A DNA stretch of 62,720 nt from assembly GCA_041656935.1 (NCBI GenBank), contig JBBACQ010000006.1, positions 1 to 62,720 on the forward strand. Direction: 5' to 3'. A program made the position numbers and the translations under genes. Source of the DNA: Patescibacteria group bacterium (GTDB taxonomy: Bacteria; Patescibacteriota; Patescibacteriia; Patescibacteriales; UBA12465). The notes below the pieces were generated by a model. It saw only the letters and a list, made by a program, of their open reading frames with translations, had not been told where the DNA came from and ran no database searches. Position 1 is the first letter of the stretch. Each line of letters starts with the position of its first letter. Below are positions 9,001 to 17,266 of the stretch, piece by piece.

Positions 9001-9968
9001 TTATTAGCTATCATTTTAATGTCACTATCTGGAAGCAAGGGTTCTTCTTTCTTAAAGAAAGCAATTACCGAATGAAATAAATTATTAATCGATGATAAGG
9101 GATTATTAATAAAACTCCATTTAAAAATCATCGCTAACTCTGGGACCTTACCTCTAATCTCATCGTCACTAAAATCGCTTTCTAAATCGATATCAACCAC
9201 CACATCTTCCAGAGAGTTTTGCCAATACTGAGTTAAAGGAAAAAAGAAGTATCTTCCATTATCGTATTCCTTACCAGCATTAAAACCAAAAATTTCCGGA
9301 AAAGGAATTAAGGTCCGACGATCAGCTGATATTTTAGAAAATTCTAAACTCTTGGAGAGGCAATCTCCATTATTACTATTTATGACACTATAATTATCAA
9401 AACCATCCGGAGTAATATTAACTCCGTAGAAACGAGGATCATATTCTAATTGATCTAAATCAAGCGGATTAGAAATATTAGCACTTTCATAAATTTTTTC
9501 TGTTAAACCGACACAAATCCACTCGCCACTATTGGGGCCCTTTTGTTTTTTAAAACTAAAATCATAACCTAAATTGTTCTTAGCTAAGCTTTTAGCTAAT
9601 TCCGCTATTTTAATTCTTTGAATTTCTGATAAATTTTTAGGAATTTTAGCTCCAATTAATTCTTCCCCATTTTTAGAATTTAAAAAATACTTAGCCGGTA
9701 TTTTAATAATACCATTAGGCATCGCCTCAACAATATAATCAACTCCATTTTCTTTGCCAATATATATTCCCACATGACCGGTATAAATATTTTTTATCAT
9801 CTTGTTTTTTACTACCACTAATTCATCGGTATTATAGCCATACAAATTGCCATCATTAGAGGTACGATATAGAAGGGTTCCAACAGGCATAGCTCGAACT
9901 AAATGACCGAAAAAAAAGCTTAAAACGAAGGCGCTAGTAATAAGCGCCATTTTTTTTCTAAAATACAT
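6033..9968 (-). CDS. Large secreted protein: permuted papain-like amidase (YiiX/YebB/C92-like) + 2 lamin-tail domains + 2 LamG/ConA-like domains
   Basis: Signal peptide; GHVGIYIG..VEAM followed later by YD...WICVGLTEKIY (His before Cys, the permuted order). Two LTD copies (LVISRVYTT..DDYIELYNPT; LLISRIYTT..DDYIQIYNPN). WHLDE/YWNLNE...WHNVV...DELGLW LamG signatures. Acidic/Asn-Ser linkers. Confidence 0.75.
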   Translation of the reverse strand: MYFRKKMALITSAFVLSFFFGHLVRAMPVGTLLYRTSNDGNLYGYNTDELVVVKNKMIKNIYTGHVGIYIGKENGVDYIVEAMPNGIIKIPAKYFLNSKNGEELIGAKIPKNLSEIQRIKIAELAKSLAKNNLGYDFSFKKQKGPNSGEWICVGLTEKIYESANISNPLDLDQLEYDPRFYGVNITPDGFDNYSVINSNNGDCLSKSLEFSKISADRRTLIPFPEIFGFNAGKEYDNGRYFFFPLTQYWQNSLEDVVVDIDLESDFSDDEIRGKVPELAMIFKWSFINNPLSSINNLFHSVIAFFKKEEPLLPDSDIKMIANNNLSDDYNYSVNSLEEDGDSITGVSKINIDSNIDIVEESQAVLGKIKSSISIKEASALAPDLALINNGDLELSNFSTEEELSEEAIIFDKNLDLVKKLVISRVYTTLNDDYIELYNPTNQAINLEEMGVRLYKTKTSASPSLMMRIGHLDDGSYPGGVIIPAKGKYLIVRTTADPLIKDKAQAIAVKSSFTFTGSAYTIYLGNGVISSDSDEDIVDKVGFGSAKYFEKRSALEIPDNHVLVRKAKSDSTVTKMKEGGTDFNLGNAYDSDDNFFDFLLISLSTVDNNIDNPIINDSNSNSNSNSNSTSNNIIDTQTNNQENDSNTSNNNNEEEEVLLPLLISRIYTTAKDDYIQIYNPNNKAINLKDAGARLYKAKTSVTPTLMARIGNDDDGTYPGGLIIDPLGKYLVTGDLASDEIKTQAQAIINRDDFNLTSNGYTVYLGKSTISSDSDEDIIDKVGFGSAVYYYESPAPEILDDHVLIRKALATSTSFSMNYDGDHYSLGHNYNTKNNSLDFVLLDLNYQENDGDNLEEENGDGEEEDQEEENQSGDEDDGSGESSSANPSAGLCLDPGIYSDNIIHSWHLDECSGTEVFDGVSGTTSTIDSLWNDGKFGCGLKQYYPDNYFTAELDPSFSSNNFTLFFYYKNIYNNSRPMIRFSNSQTGSSFRIKLYPSNTDFYNIPGAPARDYDLVWPNDDNWHLFSWVVNKPLNYWALYRDGVEVYRVELELASFISVDTIGFKGDNGYNLIDEIAVFDRALSSSEIERIAELDLPFNSSSCQPNIKDKQLLAYWNLNETIGDTFYDFFNLDKNNASSVSLKKVNDENNCLAFPDSEITLSHQFSNHFYHKDLSLSFWFKNKSVSSSSDFVIKLLGFDKNLFGLDFRNRDWFYLFNNSDFNISLSNENFIEDEDWHNVVLSYDSYLFRLSLFVDGELKGHFRKPWIDGYFIEKLNIQAQGGDYYFDELGLWQGGLNLAEAEFIYQNQKNLFIE
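8089..8122. repeat. (GAATTA)5+ microsatellite encoding an Asn-Ser linker
   Basis: Five full GAATTA units plus GAAT; in-frame hexamer giving NSNSNSNSNS between LTD1 and LTD2. Confidence 0.9.
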
Positions 9969-10069
9969 AAACCAAAAAATTAATTATAGCGAAAATAGAA
10001 TCAGCCCACAACTAATTCTATTCTCTTATGTAAATCATGATCAGAGATCAATCCTAGTCCCTAACTTAA

Positions 10070-11026
10070 TTATTCTTGTTGATAATACCAATCCCAAGAA
10101 TCTGGATCTATGGCTAATAGAGGTAATTTATCATCCAGATAATTATTAAAGATATCAATAGCAAAATATTTACTAAATATATCTAATTCCTCGCTAGCTA
10201 TTATTCTTCTAAATAAAGCAGAAACAGCTGGGTCACGTTTTTCATCCCAAAAATCTGATAGAACAAATAAAGCTAAGCGACGAACATTAAAATTATAGTC
10301 GTCCGATTCTAAAAGAGAAGCCAAAAAAACAAACAACTCTTCCCTATTTAAATCAAACCGGGACGAATCCGCCCCTAAGGCTCGGAGAAGTTCAATTAAA
10401 ATATCTTGATTATCGCCAGTAAGTAATAAGGAAAAATAAAAATCAGCCAAGGGATAATTTAATGAGGTTAGATTTTTGATAATATTCTTTTTTTCTGAAA
10501 CTGGTATGGAATCATCTAATAATTTACTTTGCAAAAAAGAAAAATAATTAGTCGAATTAAGCTGTTCACCTAAATTCAAGAAGATATTTTCTTTTACCTC
10601 GATATTCCCAAAATCTTCATCTAAATATTTTTGGAAACGATCTAGGATAACGGCCGGCAATTCCACTGAAGATGACGACAGAACTTTAATTAGTTCTATT
10701 CGCCAAGATATGTTTTCGTTTTCATCTAAGATTATAGAGATAATCTTATCCATAAACTTCTCTTCGTCTAAGGACTTTTGAATCTCTTCATAATAAATTT
10801 TTCTTTTTAGATAACAATCAGACCGACAATAAGGATTTTCAAACACTGAGATAGCAAGATGGTTTAAGGCAATATTAGATCTAATGCTAGTTGGCCAAAC
10901 TTTCCACCACGGCTGAAAAAGAGCTAAAAACAAGAAAACAATAAAAAGAATAAGAAAAAAAATACCTGAAAACAGCAAAAGAATTTTCTTTTTCCGAAAA
11001 ATTAATTTTAGGTTTTTAATAATCAT
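10070..11026 (-). CDS. Membrane-anchored alpha-helical (HEAT-like repeat) hypothetical protein
   Basis: N-terminal basic stretch and TM helix; Leu/Asp/Glu-rich helical repeats (WRIELIKVL, LIELLRALG, VRRLALFVL). Confidence 0.6.
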   Translation of the reverse strand: MIIKNLKLIFRKKKILLLFSGIFFLILFIVFLFLALFQPWWKVWPTSIRSNIALNHLAISVFENPYCRSDCYLKRKIYYEEIQKSLDEEKFMDKIISIILDENENISWRIELIKVLSSSSVELPAVILDRFQKYLDEDFGNIEVKENIFLNLGEQLNSTNYFSFLQSKLLDDSIPVSEKKNIIKNLTSLNYPLADFYFSLLLTGDNQDILIELLRALGADSSRFDLNREELFVFLASLLESDDYNFNVRRLALFVLSDFWDEKRDPAVSALFRRIIASEELDIFSKYFAIDIFNNYLDDKLPLLAIDPDSWDWYYQQE

Positions 11027-11261
11027 AAAATTTAAACCAACTATCTAAAATTTTAGAAATTAAAGATAATAAATTAAAATTAATAAATAGCCTTCCGGCG
11101 CAATTATTAAAATAATTTTATCAATAAGCCCTAAAAGGGGGTCGGTAATAAAATTAATAATAATTGCGCCACATATGCTTCTTTTTTAGTAATTTTAATT
11201 ACTAAAATTTTATTACTTTAAAGCTATGTTGGTGAAGGCTGATAGAGAACATTTAAATAAT

Positions 11262-11286
11262 AAAAAAAGAGCCCTAAAGGCTCTTT
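11262..11286 (-). terminator. Intrinsic terminator after the pilin array
   Basis: AAAGAGCC/GGCTCTTT 8-bp stem with 5-nt loop, followed by a T-tract on the minus strand. Confidence 0.75.
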
Positions 11287-11322
11287 AAAATGTTTTTAAA
11301 AAATAGATAAATTAATTTTGGT

Positions 11323-12393
11323 TTAATCCTTTATACAGCGGACGGAAAAACCATAGGCTCGATATTGGCCGGACAGAGTACCATTACCACCTTCCCAGAA
11401 GAACAGGCCGTAAGAATTCGTACCGCTTACAGTGCTGGCCCAATAGGAGCCATCCGAATTAACACTAGAAAGAGCGCCAAGTCCACAATTACGGTAACCA
11501 CCTACAGTAATTTTTAAAAGTGAAGCGAAGGCACCAGCTGAGTTACTCGAAGACCAGGTTTCTTGTTCGGCAGCCCATTCTGCTTCTGTTGGAATTCTCC
11601 AGCCACTTGGACAAGGATTGTTTGTCCCATCAACCCCCTGCCAAAGATTTGCGCTTTGAGGATTCCTCCAATCATAAGGACTAGAACCATAGATAATAAA
11701 ATCATCATGACCAGGAGTATCACTAGAACTTCTAGTAACGGTAGTTCCGCTTGTTCTTACTTGATGACCATCATCACCTCTACCCCATTGGAAAAGATGT
11801 CCATAAGCGTTAGCGTCGACAAGAGATTGAGCTACTCGTGTAGCTCCAAGATTACGGTCTAACCAACATTCACTGGTAGCAGAATTTAATACGGTTCCAT
11901 AAGTTACCGAGGAACCGTTATATATAAAATCAATATCATCTCCGCAAGCCCAAACCGGAGCTACATAAAAAAATCCTAAATGGGTAGCACTATAATTACC
12001 AGCTGATAAATCACTAACATTGCCACCTAAACAAAAAGTAAGGACATAAGAGCCATTATCTTCTCCAGCTTCCGTATAGACATATTCATTATTTTCTTCA
12101 GTACAATCTCCATCGGGTGGGGTTGGAGCTTGAGGATATCTTTCCATATAGACCCTACTAGTAGAACGAATAGAGCTAGTAACTGAAGTAGAAGCTGGAT
12201 AGGCCCCGTTATCATTAAAATATAATTCTAAAGCCGTTTGAATTTGTTTAATATCAGCTATTCTTTTGGCATCACGGGCTCGAGCTCGAGCATTCTGTAG
12301 AGACACTATCGCTAGAGTAGCTAGGATACCAATAATGGCTATTACGACTAATAACTCAATGAGAGTAAAAGCTTTTTTATTTTTTATTTTCAT
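11323..12393 (-). CDS. Type IV pilin-like protein (GspG-like N-domain) with C-terminal FISUMP/C-type-lectin-fold domain, copy 1
   Basis: KKA|FTLIELLVVIAIIGIL prepilin motif, ARDAKRIADIKQIQTALELY; C-terminal CWLDRNLGA, GHLFQWGR, CPSGWRIPT, YW.S, G.SVRCIKD. Confidence 0.88.
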   Translation of the reverse strand: MKIKNKKAFTLIELLVVIAIIGILATLAIVSLQNARARARDAKRIADIKQIQTALELYFNDNGAYPASTSVTSSIRSTSRVYMERYPQAPTPPDGDCTEENNEYVYTEAGEDNGSYVLTFCLGGNVSDLSAGNYSATHLGFFYVAPVWACGDDIDFIYNGSSVTYGTVLNSATSECWLDRNLGATRVAQSLVDANAYGHLFQWGRGDDGHQVRTSGTTVTRSSSDTPGHDDFIIYGSSPYDWRNPQSANLWQGVDGTNNPCPSGWRIPTEAEWAAEQETWSSSNSAGAFASLLKITVGGYRNCGLGALSSVNSDGSYWASTVSGTNSYGLFFWEGGNGTLSGQYRAYGFSVRCIKD

Positions 12394-12422
12394 GAAATTA
12401 TGATAAAAATATTAATTTTGGT

Positions 12423-13505
12423 TTAATCCTTTATACAGCGAATAGACATTCCCCATGCACGATAACTATCGTTCGTATAGGCACCACCAGCTTCAAAGGA
12501 TAAGTAATAAGATTCGGTACCAGAGACATTACTTGCCCAATATAATCCATTAGAATTGGCATGAGCAAAATCACCACTGTTATAAACGCGAATGCCCGCT
12601 ACTGGAAGTTTTAATGGTGAAGCAAAAGCGCCAGCTGGATAGTTTGAGCTCCAACTTTCTCTTTCAGCATCTAATTCTCCTTCGGTTGGGATTCTCCAAC
12701 CACTTGGGCAAGGATTATTAATCCCATTTACTCCTTGCCATAAATTATCGTTTTGTCCACTTCGCCAATCATAAGGAGAATCTGAGGCAATAATAAAATC
12801 ACCATGACTAGGATTATCACTAGAACTTAAAGTGGTAGTAGAATTGCTGGTTCTTACTTGATGACCATCATCACCTCTACCCCATTGAAAAAGATGACCA
12901 TAGGCATCAGAATCAGAAGAAGATTGGGCTACTCGTGTAGCCCCAAGATTTCTATCTAACCAACATTCTCCGGTAGTAGTATTTAATACCGTTCCATAGG
13001 TTACTGATCCACCATTATAAATAAAAGAAACATTATATCCAGCTTCCCCGCATTGAAGAGATTCGCTTATTCCTATAGGACTAGCTTCTTTGGTCCCGGC
13101 TAATAAACTAGCTACCGAACCGCCTAAACAAAAAGTAAGGACATAGGAGCCGTTATCTTCTCCAGCTTCCGTATAAACATATTCATTATTTTCTTCGGTA
13201 CAATCACCATCGGGTGGATTAGGAGCTTGGGGATATCTTTCCATATAAACCCTACTGATAGAACGAATAGAACTAGTAACTGAAGTAGAAGCTGGATAGG
13301 CCCCGTTATCATTAAAATATAATTCTAAGGCCGTTTGGATTTGTTTAATATCAGCTATCCTTTTAGCGTCTCGGGCTCGAGCTCGAGCATTTTGTAGAGA
13401 TACTATTGCTAAAGTAGCTAAAATTCCAATAATGGCAATTACTACTAATAATTCTACTAGAGTAAAAGCTGGTTCCTTAGTTTTGTTATTTTTCTTTTTA
13501 AACAT
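12423..13505 (-). CDS. Type IV pilin-like protein with FISUMP-type C-terminal domain, copy 2
   Basis: FTLVELLVVIAIIG motif; N-domain nearly identical to copy 3, C-domain similar to copy 1; ends GMSIRCIKD. Confidence 0.88.
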   Translation of the reverse strand: MFKKKNNKTKEPAFTLVELLVVIAIIGILATLAIVSLQNARARARDAKRIADIKQIQTALELYFNDNGAYPASTSVTSSIRSISRVYMERYPQAPNPPDGDCTEENNEYVYTEAGEDNGSYVLTFCLGGSVASLLAGTKEASPIGISESLQCGEAGYNVSFIYNGGSVTYGTVLNTTTGECWLDRNLGATRVAQSSSDSDAYGHLFQWGRGDDGHQVRTSNSTTTLSSSDNPSHGDFIIASDSPYDWRSGQNDNLWQGVNGINNPCPSGWRIPTEGELDAERESWSSNYPAGAFASPLKLPVAGIRVYNSGDFAHANSNGLYWASNVSGTESYYLSFEAGGAYTNDSYRAWGMSIRCIKD

Positions 13506-14680
13506 AATATTTTTTATTTATAAATTTTTTAGGACTTTTAAAAAATAGATAAATTTTAGTCTTTGAGACAACGCACTGAATTCCCGCGAGCCTGACTAAA
13601 GGAGTTTCTAGTAACTACGGCATCACTGTCATAAAGCTCGAAATATAAAGCATCAGCCCCGCTAATCGATGATGACCAAAAAATGGCACTACAACAAAGA
13701 TTAAAAAAGAAACCACCAGAAAAGAAACCAGCTGGCAAAATAGTAAAACCAGTTAAATTATTGGAGGTTTGGTCATTACCAACCCTACAAACTGTTCCAT
13801 TTGCTTCCCAGCCAGAAGTATTAGCTAAAGATTTTACTATTTGAGTAGAAACTCCTCCACACCAGTACTGACTATTAGCGCTTAAATAATCGGTTAAAGT
13901 AGTCCATTCGGTACCAGTAGGTATATGCCAACCCGAAGGACAAATCCCTTGGTTCGGTGTAGAAGTAGTGTATTGCATCATTTCGTTCCATTGGTATAAT
14001 CCTCCAGAAGTACTGCAATTACCATCTAAATTACTAAAGCAATATTTTTCTATAACAGAATTATCAGTTTGACTACTTGATCCAGATATTCTGGTCCCGA
14101 TATTTAAATTTTTAGCTATCCAACATTGAGTTCCAATTTCAACCGTAGGATAAGATTTAGAATCCCGAGAATCAATTAAATTATCACCACAAACCGCCCA
14201 AGTTTCTCCGATTTCTTCCTCCTCATCTTCGCCTCCCCCTCCAGAACCTGCAATTATACCAACCGGACTGGCCTCTTTGCTTCCAGCTATTAAACTAGCC
14301 ACTGAACCGCCTAAACAAAAAGTAAGGACATAAGAACCATTATCTTCTCCCGCTTCCGTATAAACATATTCATTATTTTCTTCGGTACAATCACCATCGG
14401 GTGGATTAGGAGCTTGGGGGTATCTCTCCATATAGACCCTACTAATAGAACGAATAGAACTAGTAACTGAAGTAGAAGCTGGATAGGCCCCGTTATCATT
14501 AAAATATAATTCTAAGGCCGTTTGGATTTGTTTAATATCAGCTATCCTTTTAGCGTCTCGGGCTCGAGCTCGAGCATTCTGTAGAGACACTATCGCTAGA
14601 GTAGCCAGGATACCAATAATAGCGATAACGACTAATAATTCGACTAGAGTGAAAGCTGGTTCCTTAGTTTTGTTATTTTT
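13100..14680. repeat. Near-identical ~390-bp 5' blocks of the pilin genes (13100-13493 and 14287-14680; a third, more diverged copy at ~12010-12375)
   Basis: Constant offsets of 1187 bp (copy 2 to 3) and 1097 bp (copy 1 to 2); differences are mostly synonymous. Confidence 0.92.
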
Positions 14681-14692
14681 AATTTTAGACAT
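13556..14692 (-). CDS. Type IV pilin-like protein with classic Fib_succ_major (FISUMP) C-terminal domain, copy 3
   Basis: FTLVE motif; GGGGEDEEEE linker; DSRD..SYPTVEIGTQCWIAKNL, GGLYQW, QGICPSGWHIPT, G.SVRCLKD. Confidence 0.88.
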   Translation of the reverse strand: MSKIKNNKTKEPAFTLVELLVVIAIIGILATLAIVSLQNARARARDAKRIADIKQIQTALELYFNDNGAYPASTSVTSSIRSISRVYMERYPQAPNPPDGDCTEENNEYVYTEAGEDNGSYVLTFCLGGSVASLIAGSKEASPVGIIAGSGGGGEDEEEEIGETWAVCGDNLIDSRDSKSYPTVEIGTQCWIAKNLNIGTRISGSSSQTDNSVIEKYCFSNLDGNCSTSGGLYQWNEMMQYTTSTPNQGICPSGWHIPTGTEWTTLTDYLSANSQYWCGGVSTQIVKSLANTSGWEANGTVCRVGNDQTSNNLTGFTILPAGFFSGGFFFNLCCSAIFWSSSISGADALYFELYDSDAVVTRNSFSQARGNSVRCLKD

Positions 14693-14740
14693 ATTTTTTT
14701 ATATTAATAATTTTTCATTTTTCAAATTAATCATGGACTC

Positions 14741-14886
14741 CTGTCATTCCCGCGCAAGCGGTCTCCAGCTTTCGCTGGAGTGACAATTCACGACTGTCAT
14801 TCCCGCGCAAGCGGGAATCCCATGAGGTTTAGACTACGATGATAAATCCTGACAAGCGGGAATCCCATGAGGTTTAGACTGCGATG
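14741..14886. repeat. Cluster of REP/dRS3-like palindromic repeats (GTCATTCCCGCGCAAGCGGGAATCC family)
   Basis: CTGTCATTCCCGCGCAAGCGG at 14741 and 14794; inverted variant TGTCACTCCAGCGAAAGCTGGAG (minus, 14785-14763); 34-nt direct repeat at 14808-14841 and 14853-14886 with 1 mismatch. Confidence 0.85.
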
Positions 14887-14926
14887 TCGCATTGTGCCCC
14901 CTAGGGGTAAAATTATTCTTAAAAAA

Positions 14927-17203
14927 CTATTTCTCTCTAGCTACTCTAATTTTCTCTAAAAAAGAATCAACATTATCTCTATAAATCTCATCAATTTCTA
15001 AAATTTTCCTAGCTGTTTCCTCAGCTTTATCTAAATTACCGGTATCAAAAAGAACTAAAGCCAATTTCGACAAAATACTAACATCTTTATTTTTCTGAGA
15101 TTCTAAAATAATCTCATAAATTTCGACTAAAGTATCTAAATCATTTTTACTATAATAATATTCTTCCACTGAAGATAAAAAATCTCCCCAATTCATCAAT
15201 CTAAAACCTTTTAATTTCCCACAAATCCTGAAATTTTCCATAAACTTTTCGTGATCCTCAAATATAAAATAAAAATGGGATAATTGACAATAAGGCTCTG
15301 GCATTTGAGGATTTAAAGTTTTGGAATATTCTATAATTTCAACGGCCTCTTCTTTTTTACCAAAATTCAACAAAACATTAGATTTATTTAAATAAAGTGG
15401 AACTCTCCCAGGACTGCTCTCAATGGCCCGATCAATAGTGTCAAAAGCTAAGCTACTATAATACGATCCCTTATCTTGATCACCATTATTAAAATAAAAA
15501 CGCCCAGCTACATCATAAACTTTAAATAAACGATAAAGAGTTAAATTATCATAACGATTATATTCTTCATTTTTTTCTGCCAATTCAATAGCGAACAAAA
15601 CAATCTTTTCCGATTCAGAAAAATTACCACCGCTATACAATTGGTCAGCCGAGCTTAAAAACGAATTAATATATGATTCCCGAGAATCTCTCTCTAAACC
15701 GGTGTTATAAGAAAAAACCTCCTCATACCATTTAAAAGCCGAAAAGATACCATTCTGCTGATGGTCTTTATAAGCCTCAATAGTTTTTCGAAGCATGGTA
15801 TAAGAATTAATATTATTAATAAAGGCCAAGACAACTATAACAATTATAATCGGCGAAACAAATTTCTTCAAAATTAGGAATATTTTTTTATTTTGAATAT
15901 CATCGACTATTTCTTTAGCCCCGTCTTCATCACTCTTTTCTAAGCCCAAAAAATTAATATAACCTAATAAAACCATAAAGTACAAATAAGTGGCAAAGGA
16001 ATCAAAAACAGCTAAATTTTGCACGAAATAAGCAACCAATAAGCCAGCTACAATAGAAAACTCGACTCTATTTAGGCCCCGATAGCCAGAAGACTGAAGA
16101 CTATTTTTAAAGGCTCTTAATAAATAAATAACTATAAAAACAAAAATTGATAAATAAGCTAATAACCCCAAAATTCCAGTAGTCGTTAAAATATCAATTA
16201 AATTATTATGAGCTCGGTCAAAATAAGTCGCCCCACGATCATAATCGTAAAACTTAGGATTAAAATATTTATCAAAAATAAGAGCATAATTTCCGTGACC
16301 TACTCCAAAAACCAAATTAATCGGATGATCCACTAAATATTTTCCAGCCGCCTGATAAGAAATTAATCTAGTATTTAAAGTAATATTATCTTTAGAAAAA
16401 TCTCGTAAAGATTTGCCTACATAATTATTATCAAAAAATGGATGAGATTTAAAGGAAAATAAAATCACTAAAATAGAAACAAAAACGGCCAAAGAGCTCC
16501 AACCTATTATTTTTACCTTCTTATTTTTGTAAATAATAGAAAAGACAAAAAGACTAAATAAAATTCCAAAAATTAAACCTAATTGAGCTCCAGAAATATC
16601 AGCCCGAACAAAACTTACTAAAGCCAAAACTATTCCAATTAAATACACTAATTTAAGCCACCAGTTTTTAGTTCGAGAAATAAAAAAGGCTTGAAGAAAA
16701 ATAGAAAAAATCATAATACCACCAACATAAGCTCGGTTTCCGATACAACTTTCCGGAGTTTTTTTAACTATTCCGTAAAGAGCTATTAAAACCGTTGAAA
16801 CCACTAAGGTATTTAATAATAGATGAAAATCTTTTTTAGAACGGAAAGCAGTGATGATAAGGAAATAAAAAATTAAAAAATGAAGTAAATGAAAATAGCC
16901 TAACATTCTCTCAACATCCCCCCAAAAACTAAGATTAAAATCAACGCTAACCACTAAAGACAAAGCTATAAAAACAAAATAAACAATTAAACCGCCAGAA
17001 AGAAGAGATACTTTCGGTAGATATTTAGGAAATTTAAAAATAAAAAATAACCAAAAGACGAATAATATCTCTATAATAATATTAAAAAATATTTGTTTAG
17101 AAGAGATAAAAGGAAAAAGTAAAGATGAGAAGACAAAAAATAAAGTAACAAAGGAGACTAAAATACCACCCTTTAATATATCTAAATAAGCTTTCTGAGA
17201 CAT
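14927..17203 (-). CDS. O-antigen ligase (Wzy_C)-family membrane protein with C-terminal TPR region; candidate O-oligosaccharyltransferase
   Basis: ~12 TM helices, S..GN..Y (ESCIGNRAY), TRL..Y..A, FGVGHGNY, DRAHNNLIDILTTTGILG; helical TPR-like C-terminus. Confidence 0.8.
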   Translation of the reverse strand: MSQKAYLDILKGGILVSFVTLFFVFSSLLFPFISSKQIFFNIIIEILFVFWLFFIFKFPKYLPKVSLLSGGLIVYFVFIALSLVVSVDFNLSFWGDVERMLGYFHLLHFLIFYFLIITAFRSKKDFHLLLNTLVVSTVLIALYGIVKKTPESCIGNRAYVGGIMIFSIFLQAFFISRTKNWWLKLVYLIGIVLALVSFVRADISGAQLGLIFGILFSLFVFSIIYKNKKVKIIGWSSLAVFVSILVILFSFKSHPFFDNNYVGKSLRDFSKDNITLNTRLISYQAAGKYLVDHPINLVFGVGHGNYALIFDKYFNPKFYDYDRGATYFDRAHNNLIDILTTTGILGLLAYLSIFVFIVIYLLRAFKNSLQSSGYRGLNRVEFSIVAGLLVAYFVQNLAVFDSFATYLYFMVLLGYINFLGLEKSDEDGAKEIVDDIQNKKIFLILKKFVSPIIIVIVVLAFINNINSYTMLRKTIEAYKDHQQNGIFSAFKWYEEVFSYNTGLERDSRESYINSFLSSADQLYSGGNFSESEKIVLFAIELAEKNEEYNRYDNLTLYRLFKVYDVAGRFYFNNGDQDKGSYYSSLAFDTIDRAIESSPGRVPLYLNKSNVLLNFGKKEEAVEIIEYSKTLNPQMPEPYCQLSHFYFIFEDHEKFMENFRICGKLKGFRLMNWGDFLSSVEEYYYSKNDLDTLVEIYEIILESQKNKDVSILSKLALVLFDTGNLDKAEETARKILEIDEIYRDNVDSFLEKIRVAREK

Positions 17204-17206
17204 AGT

Positions 17207-17234
17207 TTGATTTTTAATAATTAATTGTTATAAT
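17207..17234 (+). promoter_or_regulatory. Putative sigma70 promoter for the 17267 operon
   Basis: TTGATT (17207-17212), 16-bp spacer, TG-n-TATAAT (17229-17234). AT-rich context lowers specificity. Confidence 0.5.
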
Positions 17235-17266
17235 AACTATATAATAATTACAACTTGATTTAAATT

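Noticed and set aside
12027-14499. Three near-identical 62-aa ORFs (12027-12215, 13124-13312, 14311-14499; MITGPIQLLLQLL...)
   Set aside because: Alternate-frame shadows of the duplicated pilin N-terminal block; their similarity is fully explained by the DNA repeat.
11026-14927. Complete diversity-generating retroelement at the pilin array
   Set aside because: No reverse transcriptase, Avd or AAC-rich template repeat in the window, and tip differences are not adenine-restricted. Kept only as a low-weight remote possibility.
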